Below, one piece after another: positions 1 through 9,218 of a stretch of 39,463 nucleotides of DNA (positions are counted from its first letter, which is position 1; every line of letters begins with the position of its first letter). A model generated the notes under the pieces. The model did not search any database. It was not told the origin of the DNA and was given only the letters and a program-made list of their open reading frames with translations. Position numbers and translations under genes: made by a program. The stretch is from assembly GCA_001275005.1 (NCBI GenBank), contig JWZX01002420.1, positions 1 through 39,463 of the forward strand, read 5' to 3'. The stretch comes from Chrysochromulina tobinii. Lineage: Eukaryota.

Positions 1-1985
1 GGCGGCGGCCGCGGCCGCGGCGCCGGCGCCCGTGCCAGCGCTTGGCAGGAGCACCGGCGCGGCGCAGCCCGCCGCCTTGCCCGCCGCTTCGATGGCCAGC
101 TGCAGCTGCTCCGTGTCGAGGCCCGCGAAGCCGCTGAACAGCTGGCCACCGGGTGTGAACAGCTGGCCACTGGGTGTGAACAAATGGCCACTGGGTGTGA
201 ACAGATGCCCACTGGGTGTGATCAGATGCCCACTCCAGGCACCCAACGCGCCACCGAGCGCCGTCGCGGGCGCTGGTTCGGGCGGCGGCACCGCGGACGC
301 CGGCATGACGTGCGACTCGCCTTGCATCTTGAGGCGCACCATGTAGAAGCCGATCGCCTTGCGCTTGCGCACGCGAGGCTTGGGAGCGCCGACGAGCCGG
401 AACGTGACGCGCACCGGTTGGGCGCCCGTGCAGCCTCCCTTGAGCTTGGTGGGGCAGAGGGAGAGGCGCACGCTGACGGGGGGGCGTAGCCCGGGGTACG
501 GGAGGGCCTCGCCATCCTCGTCCATCCCGTCCACGTCCAGCTCGCCCGGTACGGCGCCCGAGACGCCCGGTACGGCGCCCGAGACGCCCGGTACGGCGCC
601 GCCATAGTGCTGCGCGAGCGTCGCGGCCTGCCCGAGCTGCGCGCCGAGCTGGGCGCCGCTCCATTGGTCGGCCAGCGCGGGGGCGAGGGCGGGGGCGAGG
701 GCGGGGGCGGCGCCGGGGGCCCGGGATGCTTGGGAGAGGGCGGCGGCGCACGCGGCGCCGGCTGCCCCGGTATGCACACCGCTGCCGCGACGGCGCGCGC
801 CACGTCCTCCGCGCCCAGGACGGCGCTTGCCCCCCGCGCGCTCGCGAGCGAGGAGAGCAGGGCGGCGGCGGCGGCGGCGGCGGCCGCGCCGCCATTCGCG
901 TACCGGGAACCGAGCGCCGTGTCGGTCACGTACGGCTCGTCCTCCTCGGCATACGCCGCCGCGTTCGCGAGTCGGCGTCGCTTGAGCAAGCCGCCGAGCG
1001 GCGCGAGCCCACGACGGCTCGTCGTCGGGTCGTCGAGGGGCGCGCCGCCGCCCGCACCACCGCCGCCCAACTCGGCGCCGCCGCCCGAGATCGCGCCGTA
1101 CTGGGCGGCGCCACCGGGCGGCGCCGTACCGGGCGTGGGCTTGCGCCGCTGCGGCGCGTTGCGTGACAGCCCGGCGGATGAGGGCGGGTTGGCGCCACTC
1201 CGCGCCGTGCTCAGCGCCATGTGCTCGCGCGCCGGCAGCCTCTCGGTGCCGTCGGCGTTGCGCGCGGAGGGGCCCAGGTACGGGCGTGCCCTGGCAAAGC
1301 CGAGCGACGCGAGCGAAAAGAGGCCGGAACGCAGCTGCACCTCGGTATGCGAGCGCGCGCGCTTGACTGCCGCCTCGAAGTCCGCCACCATCGCCGGGTT
1401 GTTGATGCGCTTCGCCGACTCCCATGAGGCATCGGTCACCGAGTGCCCCTCCCAGTGAACTAGGTATCGTTGGCCCGTCTCGAAGCGCCGCTGCGCGAGG
1501 AGGCGGAAAGGCATCCGCTCGTCGGTCGGATCGGCGCCGTCGGCCTCCACCGCCTGCGGCTGCTTCGCCGGCTTCGCCGCGCCGCCCATCCGCGACTGCT
1601 GCAGCTGCTGCCGTTGCCGCTTGACCTCATACTCGGCGAGCGCCGCGGCGGACACGCTCTTGATCGGCTGCCACTGGGACTCGCCGCCACCCGGGTGCTT
1701 GACGAGCACCTCGGTGCGCCCTGCCCGCCGTCGTTTGCCGAGAACCTTCGCGCTCGCGGCGGCCGCCGATGCACTCGCGCCGCCGCCCGCGCCTGCACAC
1801 GCGCCGCTGGCGCCGCCACCGGTGGGCACGCCGCCTGCGAGCTCGGGCGCCATCGGCCGCGACGGCGAGGGCTTGCCAAATGAGGGCTGGTAGACCACCG
1901 CTGGCTTGGCCACGTCGATGCGCAGCGGGTATCGGGCGCGTGGCGACGCTCCGGGGGCGGCCGCAGCGGCGCCCAAGTCGGGCAT
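1..1985 (-). CDS. Chromodomain-containing protein, 3' end runs off the window; model join(<1..648,780..1985), alternative start 1853
   Basis: Chromo motif LLAQRRFETGQRYLVHWEGHSVTDASWESAKRINNPAMVADFE at ~1375-1505. GC3 bias switches frame near 650-780. A GTGTGC..CCCAG intron (649-779) joins the upstream frame to a second frame with no stop down to base 1 (...ELDVDGMDEDGEALPYPGLRPPVSVRLSLCPTKLK...). Confidence 0.65.
139..234. repeat. 21-bp tandem repeat (~4.5 copies), coding SGH/QLFTP
   Basis: CAGCTGGCCACTGGGTGTGAA-like units read directly. Confidence 0.9.
544..600. repeat. 21-bp tandem repeat (~2.7 copies), coding GAVPGVS
   Basis: GCCCGGTACGGCGCCCGAGAC units. Confidence 0.9.
649..779 (-). 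other. Inferred 131-nt intron of the chromodomain gene (alternative in-frame acceptor at 637)
   Basis: GCG|GTGTGC donor, C-rich body, CCCAG|CTC acceptor; restores frame. A 1-nt indel in the G5 run at 715-719 would also explain the shift. Confidence 0.5.
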
Positions 1986-2027
1986 CGAGGCGCCGTTGCG
2001 AGCACTTCGCCACGCGGCACGAAACAT

Positions 2028-3947
2028 ATGGAGGACGATAGTGTGATGCTCGTGGCCGCGGAGCCCTCGGACGAGCCCGATGAGAGCGACGTCGGCTCGA
2101 CGGTGTACGGCATGCACACCGACACCGGCACCGACACGGAATCGGTCGCCTCGTCCTTCGCCTCCATGAAGAACCGCAGGAAGAAGGAGAAGAAGAAGGC
2201 GGCGGCCAAGGCGCGCAAGTCGGCGGCATCGGCGACAGGGAGCAGCGGCGGTGCGGGTCCGAGCAGCAGCGGCAGCAACGGCAGCGGCAGCGGCAACGGC
2301 AACGGCGCCGCCGCGCCGCGCGTGAGCGTCGAGTACGTCTCCTTGCGCAACGAGGTGCTGAGCAGCCCGGCGTTTGCCGAGTTTGCGTCGGTCTTCGGGC
2401 ACTTCTCGACTGCGGAGGAGCTGATGAACGGCGTCGGGGGCGGCGCCAGCGCGGATGTCGAGGCCGAGGGCGGTGCCGGCGACAAGCACTCGTCCAATGC
2501 GGGTGGCGCGTCGGCGCTGTCCAAGGGTGGCGCTGACGACGAGCCAAAGGAGCTGTCGAAGCGCGCGCGCAAGCGCGAGAAGCGGCTGACGATCGCGGAG
2601 CTCAAGCAGCTCGTGAGCAAGCCCGAGGTCGTCGAGGCGTGGGATACCACCTCCGAGGACCCGCGCCTCCTCGTCCAGCTCAAGGCGTACCGCAACTCGA
2701 TCCCGGTCCCCAAGCACTGGTGCCAGAAGAGGAAGTTTTTGATGGGCAAGCGCGGGATGGAGAAGCCGCCGTTCCAGCTGCCCGACTTCATCGCGGCGAC
2801 CGGCATCGAGCGCATCCGCAATGCCGTCCTCGAGAGGGAGCAGGCGAAGAAGATGAAGAGCAAGATGAAGGAGAAGATGCAGCCCAAGATGGGCAAGATT
2901 GACATCGATTACCAGGTGCTGCACGACGCCTTTTTCAAGTACCAGACCAAGCCGCGGCTGACCAAGCACGGCGACCTGTACTACGAGGGCAAGGAGCACG
3001 AGGCGCACCTGCGTGTGAAGCGGCCGGGCCATCTGTCCGCCGAGCTCATCGGGGCGCTCGAGATGACCGTTGGAGGTCCGCCCCCGTGGCTGGTGAACAT
3101 GCAGCGCTATGGGCCGCCGCCCAGCTACCCGAACCTCAAGATTCCGGGGCTGAATGCGCCCATCCCGACGGGTGCGAGCTACGGGTACCACGTGGGCGGC
3201 TGGGGCAAGCCGCCCGTCGACGAGCTGGGACGGCCCCTGTACGGCGACGTGTTCGGATCGGCGGAGCGCGAGGAGAAGGAGCGGCTCGAGGCGGGGGTGA
3301 GTCATGAGCCTTGGGGCGCGATGGAGGAGGCCGACGAGGACGAGGACGACGATGCGGTTGGCGATGACGGGGAGGGCGGCGGCCAGGACGGTTCGGTCGC
3401 GGGCACCGAGGATGACATCGCCGACGGCATCGCCTCCATCTCTTCGATGGCGCCCTCAGGGATGGCCACTCCCGATGCGATCAACCTGCGCAAGCAGACT
3501 GCTGATGGTCTGGGCACACCCTCAGCCTTCTCCGAAGGCCTCGACACGCCTGGCGCGACCGGGGCGGGCCCGGCTCCGCAGCTGTACCAGGTGCTCCAGC
3601 AGACGGAATCAAGGATCGGCTCCGCCGCCTTTGGCTCCACCCATGGCTACATCGTACCGCCGCCGCCGCCTCCGGGCATCGGGACTGGCCCAGCGGCGGC
3701 GAACCGCCCTGGTGGCGGCGGCGGCGCAGGCCGGCGGGTGGGCAAAGGCTCGGACGGCGTCGAGCTCGCTCTCGACCCATCGGACCTCGAGAAGCTCGAT
3801 GAAGGGGCGCTGCGCGCGCGCTATGAGCAGCAGCGCCAGGCTGAGCGCAAGGAGAGCGCGCCCGAGGACATGTCGGATATCATCGAGGAGCAGGAGCGCA
3901 AGCGTAAGCGCAAGCTCGAGAGCCAGAAGAATCGTGGCCGAGATTAA
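2028..3947 (+). CDS. SF3B2: Splicing factor 3B subunit 2 (SAP145/Cus1), DUF382 + PSP domains
   Basis: RLTIAELKQLVSKPEVVE, LLVQLKAYRNSIPVPKHWCQKRKFL, KIDIDYQVLHDAFFKYQTKP, PPPWLVNMQRYGPPPSYPNLKIPGLNAPIP, GWGKPPVDE.GRPLYGDVFG; intronless. Confidence 0.97.
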   Translation: MEDDSVMLVAAEPSDEPDESDVGSTVYGMHTDTGTDTESVASSFASMKNRRKKEKKKAAAKARKSAASATGSSGGAGPSSSGSNGSGSGNGNGAAAPRVSVEYVSLRNEVLSSPAFAEFASVFGHFSTAEELMNGVGGGASADVEAEGGAGDKHSSNAGGASALSKGGADDEPKELSKRARKREKRLTIAELKQLVSKPEVVEAWDTTSEDPRLLVQLKAYRNSIPVPKHWCQKRKFLMGKRGMEKPPFQLPDFIAATGIERIRNAVLEREQAKKMKSKMKEKMQPKMGKIDIDYQVLHDAFFKYQTKPRLTKHGDLYYEGKEHEAHLRVKRPGHLSAELIGALEMTVGGPPPWLVNMQRYGPPPSYPNLKIPGLNAPIPTGASYGYHVGGWGKPPVDELGRPLYGDVFGSAEREEKERLEAGVSHEPWGAMEEADEDEDDDAVGDDGEGGGQDGSVAGTEDDIADGIASISSMAPSGMATPDAINLRKQTADGLGTPSAFSEGLDTPGATGAGPAPQLYQVLQQTESRIGSAAFGSTHGYIVPPPPPPGIGTGPAAANRPGGGGGAGRRVGKGSDGVELALDPSDLEKLDEGALRARYEQQRQAERKESAPEDMSDIIEEQERKRKRKLESQKNRGRD

Positions 3948-4390
3948 GAGTACACGTGCGCCGCATTGGCGACGAGGATGGGGGAGGAGCACGGCGTACG
4001 AAGTGAACACCGACCGAAGGACCGGTCCAGGATATCAACGCAGCCACCCTCGCCCTCCGTCGGGTCTATCGAAAATGTGGGCCAGTGAATGTGCAGGCAA
4101 ATAGCCACGGCTTATAAAGAACAACACTAGTTCACGAACCTCGGGGAACCCGCACCTCCCGTGCCGCGAAAGAGGAAAAAGATGGAAACCCATTTTGAGA
4201 ACGGACCGGTATACCCAATACCGGTAGCGCCGGATAGTTGGGCCGAATGCTTTTGGCTCGTCTCGCTCGCTCGCTCTGGTGCACCGCTGGGTCGGTCAGC
4301 CTGGTGCTCTGAGCACGCCCAAGCTGCCGCTCCGTGGGAGTTCAGCGTTCGCTCAATACCCCTCAGGGAGCAAGACGGACACAAGCACGC

Positions 4391-6172
4391 ATGGTTCTTG
4401 AAGACCACGAGAGAGGTCGGGTGCCGCTCTTCGCGCTGCGCTGCCCGAGCATTGCCGAGGGCATCTACGCTGTGTTCCTCGTCATTGGTGGCACATCTAT
4501 AGGATTCGGTGGCTGCTGGATATTCTATGTGCGCCCACTTGTTGAGGCCGCTCACTCGCACAGTATCGCGATGGCTGCTCAGGCTGATCAGTGCTGCGCC
4601 TGTTCGCCATCGCCACCACCATCCGAACCACCGCCACCTCCTCCGCCTCCGCCGCCCTTGCCTCCGGCGCCGCCGTCTTCGCCGCCACCGTCATCTCCAC
4701 CCCTGCCGCCGCCACCCTCCAGGCCACCGCCGCCGCCGCCTTCGCCATCACCACCGCCGCCGATTCCTCCGGAGCCGTCGCCACCTCCGCCCTCATGCCC
4801 CCCACCGCCACCGCCCGCAGAGCCTCCGCCACCGACTCCGTTTCCTCCGCAGCCGTCGCCGCCTCCGCCCTCGTTGCCACCCGGTCCTGCAACACCACCG
4901 CCATCACGGCCTCCACCTCCCTGTCCATTGCCGCCACCCTCGCCTCCGCCACCCTCGCCGGACCCGCCGTCACCTCCGCCACCCTCGCCGGACCCACCGC
5001 CCTCGCCGCCCTCACCCAAGCCACCTCCCATCCCACCGCGGTGCTCCACCTTCCAAGCGGACACCTCGGCCGAGTGCATTCACTGGATTGGCAACACGGG
5101 CGCTCATTGCAACGAGGCGTGGGTGATGGCCCAGTGCTTCACGACGTGCAACAATTGCCTTCCGCCTTCGCCGCCGACGCCTCCCGCGCCGCCCCGGCCG
5201 CCGCTGCTCCCCGACGCTTTGCATCGTTTCACCTCAACTGCGAAGCCGTCGTTCGGCTTCGCAGAGCAGAGCGTCGGCTTCGCAGTCGAGGCAGCCATCG
5301 AGAGCACCACCCACACGCCGATCTCGCAGACCGCCGACGGCTTCTGGACGTTTGCATCGGGGCTCGTGCTCTTAGCGCTGGGGCTCGTGGCCTTGGTCAC
5401 CGCGCTGCTGTGCCGCTGCTGTCAGCCGCGTCAGTCGAGCGGCTCGCTCAAAGTGCATGACGGGGAGGGCGGCACTTGGGAGGCGCTGCCGAGCCAGACG
5501 CCCACGCCCAAGCGCGTGCGCGTGCCGGCGCGCGTGGTAGAGGCGTTCGACTTCTTTGACGCCGACCAGAGCGGCTTCATCGACCGGCGCGAGCTGAACG
5601 CGGTCCTGCGACACTATGGCGTCAACTTGAGTGCACCAGGGGCGAGCGCGATGCTGCAGCGGTACGACGATACGCCGGACGGCAACATAGACCTGATCGA
5701 GTTTGCAGAGCTCGTGCATGATCTTGAGGAGGGCATGCTGCGCGCCCAGATGACAACGACGTTGCCACCTCCTCCAACGGCACCGCCTCCAACGCCGCCT
5801 CCAACGACGGTGTCGCCGCGTGCAGGGCCCTCGTCGCAATTGCCGACGTCGCAACGACCGCCTGCTGCGGCATCGCCGTCCCACTCGCCGCCCCGCTCGC
5901 CGCCCCGATCACCACATCGCCCGACGACCCCCGCTTCCGCGCCATGGCTCCCGCCATCGGGTCAGGCAGCGCTAGTGCCGTCGAATTCGGCTTTCGTAGC
6001 TGACCGATGGGAGCAAGAGACCAGTCGTAGAGGCATGGGGCAAGCCACTGCCTTCGGGACGCCTGGTCCAGCGCCGATTGGCACAACTCATCCAGGCGGG
6101 CGTGGAGCTCGAGCTGGAGGTGGAGCCGGCGGTGGCACGCCCGGCTCAGCCCGAGGGTTCGTGCAAGGCTAG
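4391..6172 (+). CDS. Membrane protein: N-terminal TM, extensin-like (SP/P)n stalk, ShKT-like Cys domain, second TM, EF-hand pair, Pro-rich tail
   Basis: TM IYAVFLVIGGTSIGFGGCWIFYV; CSTFQADTSAECIHW...HCNEAWVMAQCFTTCNNC (ShKT spacing); TM FASGLVLLALGLVALVTALL; EF loops DADQSGFIDRRE and DDTPDGNIDLIE; first ATG at 4391. Confidence 0.8.
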   Translation: MVLEDHERGRVPLFALRCPSIAEGIYAVFLVIGGTSIGFGGCWIFYVRPLVEAAHSHSIAMAAQADQCCACSPSPPPSEPPPPPPPPPPLPPAPPSSPPPSSPPLPPPPSRPPPPPPSPSPPPPIPPEPSPPPPSCPPPPPPAEPPPPTPFPPQPSPPPPSLPPGPATPPPSRPPPPCPLPPPSPPPPSPDPPSPPPPSPDPPPSPPSPKPPPIPPRCSTFQADTSAECIHWIGNTGAHCNEAWVMAQCFTTCNNCLPPSPPTPPAPPRPPLLPDALHRFTSTAKPSFGFAEQSVGFAVEAAIESTTHTPISQTADGFWTFASGLVLLALGLVALVTALLCRCCQPRQSSGSLKVHDGEGGTWEALPSQTPTPKRVRVPARVVEAFDFFDADQSGFIDRRELNAVLRHYGVNLSAPGASAMLQRYDDTPDGNIDLIEFAELVHDLEEGMLRAQMTTTLPPPPTAPPPTPPPTTVSPRAGPSSQLPTSQRPPAAASPSHSPPRSPPRSPHRPTTPASAPWLPPSGQAALVPSNSAFVADRWEQETSRRGMGQATAFGTPGPAPIGTTHPGGRGARAGGGAGGGTPGSARGFVQG

Positions 6173-6261
6173 GAGAGCAAGGCGCTAGTGCCGAAGTAGC
6201 CAGCATTTCGTATATACTAATGAGACTGTGAGATTAGAGATGACCGTACTTTAACTCAATA

Positions 6262-6653
6262 TCAATAACATGTCGGCACGGCATGTAGTGCCCCGACGCG
6301 ACCCCCGCGGCTTACCGGACCGGTCTTCGGACGGCCGGTGGGGTCTTTGATAATGATAAAATTCGCGGTGTCGCCGCGGCCGCCCGGCCGCGCCGTCGCG
6401 GACGCCGTCCGGAGCGTCCTCGCTCCGTCCACGCACGGGGCGACCCGCACGGGAGCCGAACGCGCCCGACATATCGGACTTACGCGCGACATTAGTCATG
6501 TACGCCCCAATAGTACCGCGGCCCGTTGCGGCGACACGCGAATTCGGTATACCGCTATACCCAAACCGTGCACGGTAGCCGTCGCTCGTCGCAAGTCGGT
6601 CTAACGTCGCCCGCGCGCCGGCCCGGGCCCGTCCTCCACGCCGGGTGGACTAG
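6262..6653 (+). mobile_element. Possible non-autonomous transposon relic with Helitron-like termini
   Basis: A|TC at 6261-6263; short GC hairpins just before CTAG|T at 6650-6654; lies in a 463-bp CAG/CTG-free non-coding tract. The termini are short and could be chance. Confidence 0.25.
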
Positions 6654-7139
6654 TGGGAGGGACCGGATCGAAGGGGCGCGCCAAACCGCTCCTGGCAGGG
6701 CAAGTTCGGCAGCGGGGTCGTCCTGGCGCGGCAAATGGCCCCGCCACCGATTCTTGCAACCACAGTCCACACGTTGGACGTCCGGCCCGGGCGCCATTCG
6801 TGATTCGACGAACGTGACGGGAGCGATGAGCCGGTCCGGTTACGAGCTGAGTACGTAGATGTTGATGAGATCTGACGCGATCGCGGTCACAGACACCATG
6901 CACAGACACCCACCAATATTCTCGACCAGTATTCACACATGAACGCGGTTGTGCCACCCCGGACCCCGACCCTGGCGCGGACCGGACCTAGACCGGACCC
7001 TCTGGACTCCCTGGCGACGGTACCACGGGCAACAGTACACGGGCGACAGTACATGGGCGACGTCTCACGTTCACGAGAGCTCTCCCCGTTCGGCCCGTGG
7101 CTCGGCACTCTCAGAGGGCATCCTGACGCAGCAGCGATC

Positions 7140-8781
7140 TCACACGGCACCTCCGCCGCTGCTGGTGCTCGTCATCTCGACAGAGTGGCAGAGCGCCATG
7201 TCCTCCCCCTCTTCGCTCGCACGCCGCACGCGAGCGGCGCCGAGACGGGCGGTGGTCGCCTCGACAGTCTTGCGCGCGACGGGTGTGCGAGGGTCATGGT
7301 CATCCACGTCTCGGATCTGGTAGTCGATGTGCACGAAGGCGCGCTCGACTTCCTCGAGCCGCTCGAGCTTATGCTGCGAGCAACCATCAGGCGCGCACTC
7401 AGGCGCACTCGGAGGTACTCAAGAGGCAATCAGAGAGGTCATCAGTGGAGGTCATCTAGAGGTCATCAGTGGCAAGCAGCTGGGCCATCAGAGAGGCCAC
7501 CCGGGGCCATCAGTCGTCATCAGTGGTCATCAGTGGTCATCAGTGGCCATCAGTCGGCCTCCTCACCTGCAGCGTGATCCCCACATCATCAGTCGTCATC
7601 AGTCGTCATCAGTGGCCATCAGTCGGCCTTCTCACCTGCAGCGTGATCCCCACATCATGTGATTCCCGCAGCGTCGTCTCGGGCAGCATCACGATCTCGA
7701 CCTCCACTAGGAAACGCTCCCCGAAATGATACGCGCGGCAGGTGTCCACCTTGAGCACCCGAGGGTCGTGCGAGAACACGAGGTGCGTCAGCCGGCGCAC
7801 GAGCTCCGGTGGCGCCACGAGGCCTACCAGCTTGGCCACGTATGTGAGGGCGGTTGAGAGCCACGAGACGAGGATCCATAAGGCGATCAGGATCGCGCCC
7901 AAGGGGTCGAGGAAGGCGAGCGTATTCGGCTGCCACCACGCGAGCAGCACCGCGACCACCGCCACGCTGTTCGTGAGCACGTCGTTGAAGTGGTCCTGCG
8001 CGTACGTCTCGACTGAGGAGGACTGGATCTTTGCGGCGATCGACCGGCAAGCGAGAAGGGCGCCGAACTTGAGCACGATGGTACTGACGAGGATGCCGAT
8101 TGTGAGCGGGCCGAGGTCGAGCTCGCTGCCGTCCTGGAAGACACTGACGAGGTTCTCGATGGCCGAGATTATGATCTGCAGCGACGACATCCCCATGACC
8201 ACCGCAAACATCACCACACCGATCGGCTCGAGGCGCGACTTACCCTCGGGGTACTTGTATGGGTCGCTGCGCGCCATCGAGCGGTGGACAGCGAAGAGCA
8301 CGAAGCCGGAGACGAGGTCCAGGGCGGAGTCCGCCGTTGAGGCCAACGCAGACATCGAGCCGGAGATGATTGTGGCGATCAGCTTGCCCACGAGCAGCGC
8401 CACGTTGAGCGCAAACGAGCCATTCACCGCCGCTCGCACCTCCCAGGTTGTATAGGTCGGAGCTTGTTTTCCTTCCTCGGGCTGCATCTCGCCCCCTGCA
8501 AGATGCTGCGCCCCCTTCAAGTCTGCGACGAGGACGTCGATGGTCTCATTCTGCGCTATGTAGAACTGCCGCAGCCGCCGCTGCCTGAAGCCTGCCAGCT
8601 GGGACTGGGACACCTTGGCGCTCAGATAGCCACTCAGCAACGCCTCGCTGCCATCACTGCGCACGAAAGTCACGGCCGCTGCCGGCTCCTCCTCTGCCGG
8701 CGCGGTGATAACGGAGCGGGGGGTGAGTGTGGGCTCCTCGTCGTCGCTCGACGTCGCACGCGTGAGCCCAAGATGGGACAT
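7140..8781 (-). CDS. Cation diffusion facilitator, Mn-CDF (MTP8-11-like); join(7140..7373,7636..8781)
   Basis: DSALDLVSG and QDHFNDVLTN DxxxD motifs, DPYKYPEGKSRLEP, DTCRAYHFG.F.VEVEI; splicing gives LRESHDVGITLQ|HKLERLEEVERAFVHIDY (CDF C-terminal domain). Confidence 0.93.
7374..7635 (-). other. 262-nt intron made of CTGATG/CTGATT repeats, with an internal duplicated exon end and donor
   Basis: CAG|GTGAG ... CTCGCAG|CAT; in-frame stop if unspliced; internal AG|GT at 7567/7566. Confidence 0.9.
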
Positions 8782-9218
8782 TACGAGTTCAGTTCATAGA
8801 GAGGAGAGCTGGTGTGAAATGAGGTGCTTCAGATTAATCAGCGCGTCCATGAGAAGGCGCATCTTCATGTCCGTGATCACACTGGTATCGTGACAAGAGA
8901 CTATAAAAACACATCCCCACAAGACTAGTAATCTCAACACAGCCATTGCTCACAACATGGAACATCATCCAAACCTGATCAGTTCCTGTGTGTAGCACGG
9001 TGCACAGCACGCCAGGTCCCAGGAGTCCGCTGGAGCGCCAACTCCAACCCCCAGAAACAGCCTCCCGCAAACGTCGCAATCCGCGCATCGAGCGCTTGAC
9101 CCAAGGGGGAGTGGTCTACTATTTTTCATGTTTATAAGGCCCTAGGTTCCCCACACCTGTTTGGGAACTGAATGAGCCCCGCAAAATTCTCGCAAAATTC
9201 TCGCATCAGGGCCGTAGT

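Noticed and set aside
222..3305. 1027-aa minus-strand ORF overlapping SF3B2
   Set aside because: The part above ~1985 is the antisense shadow of SF3B2 and the part below ~650 is out of frame; only the middle is coding.
3945..4090. Possible stop readthrough or extra exon, since SF3B2 lacks the usual ..FKF end
   Set aside because: No FKF-encoding exon visible downstream; TAA accepted as the stop.
6251..7150. Short ORFs, and RNase P/MRP/SRP/snRNA identity for the intergenic tract
   Set aside because: No codon bias or domains, and I found none of the diagnostic conserved RNA motifs.
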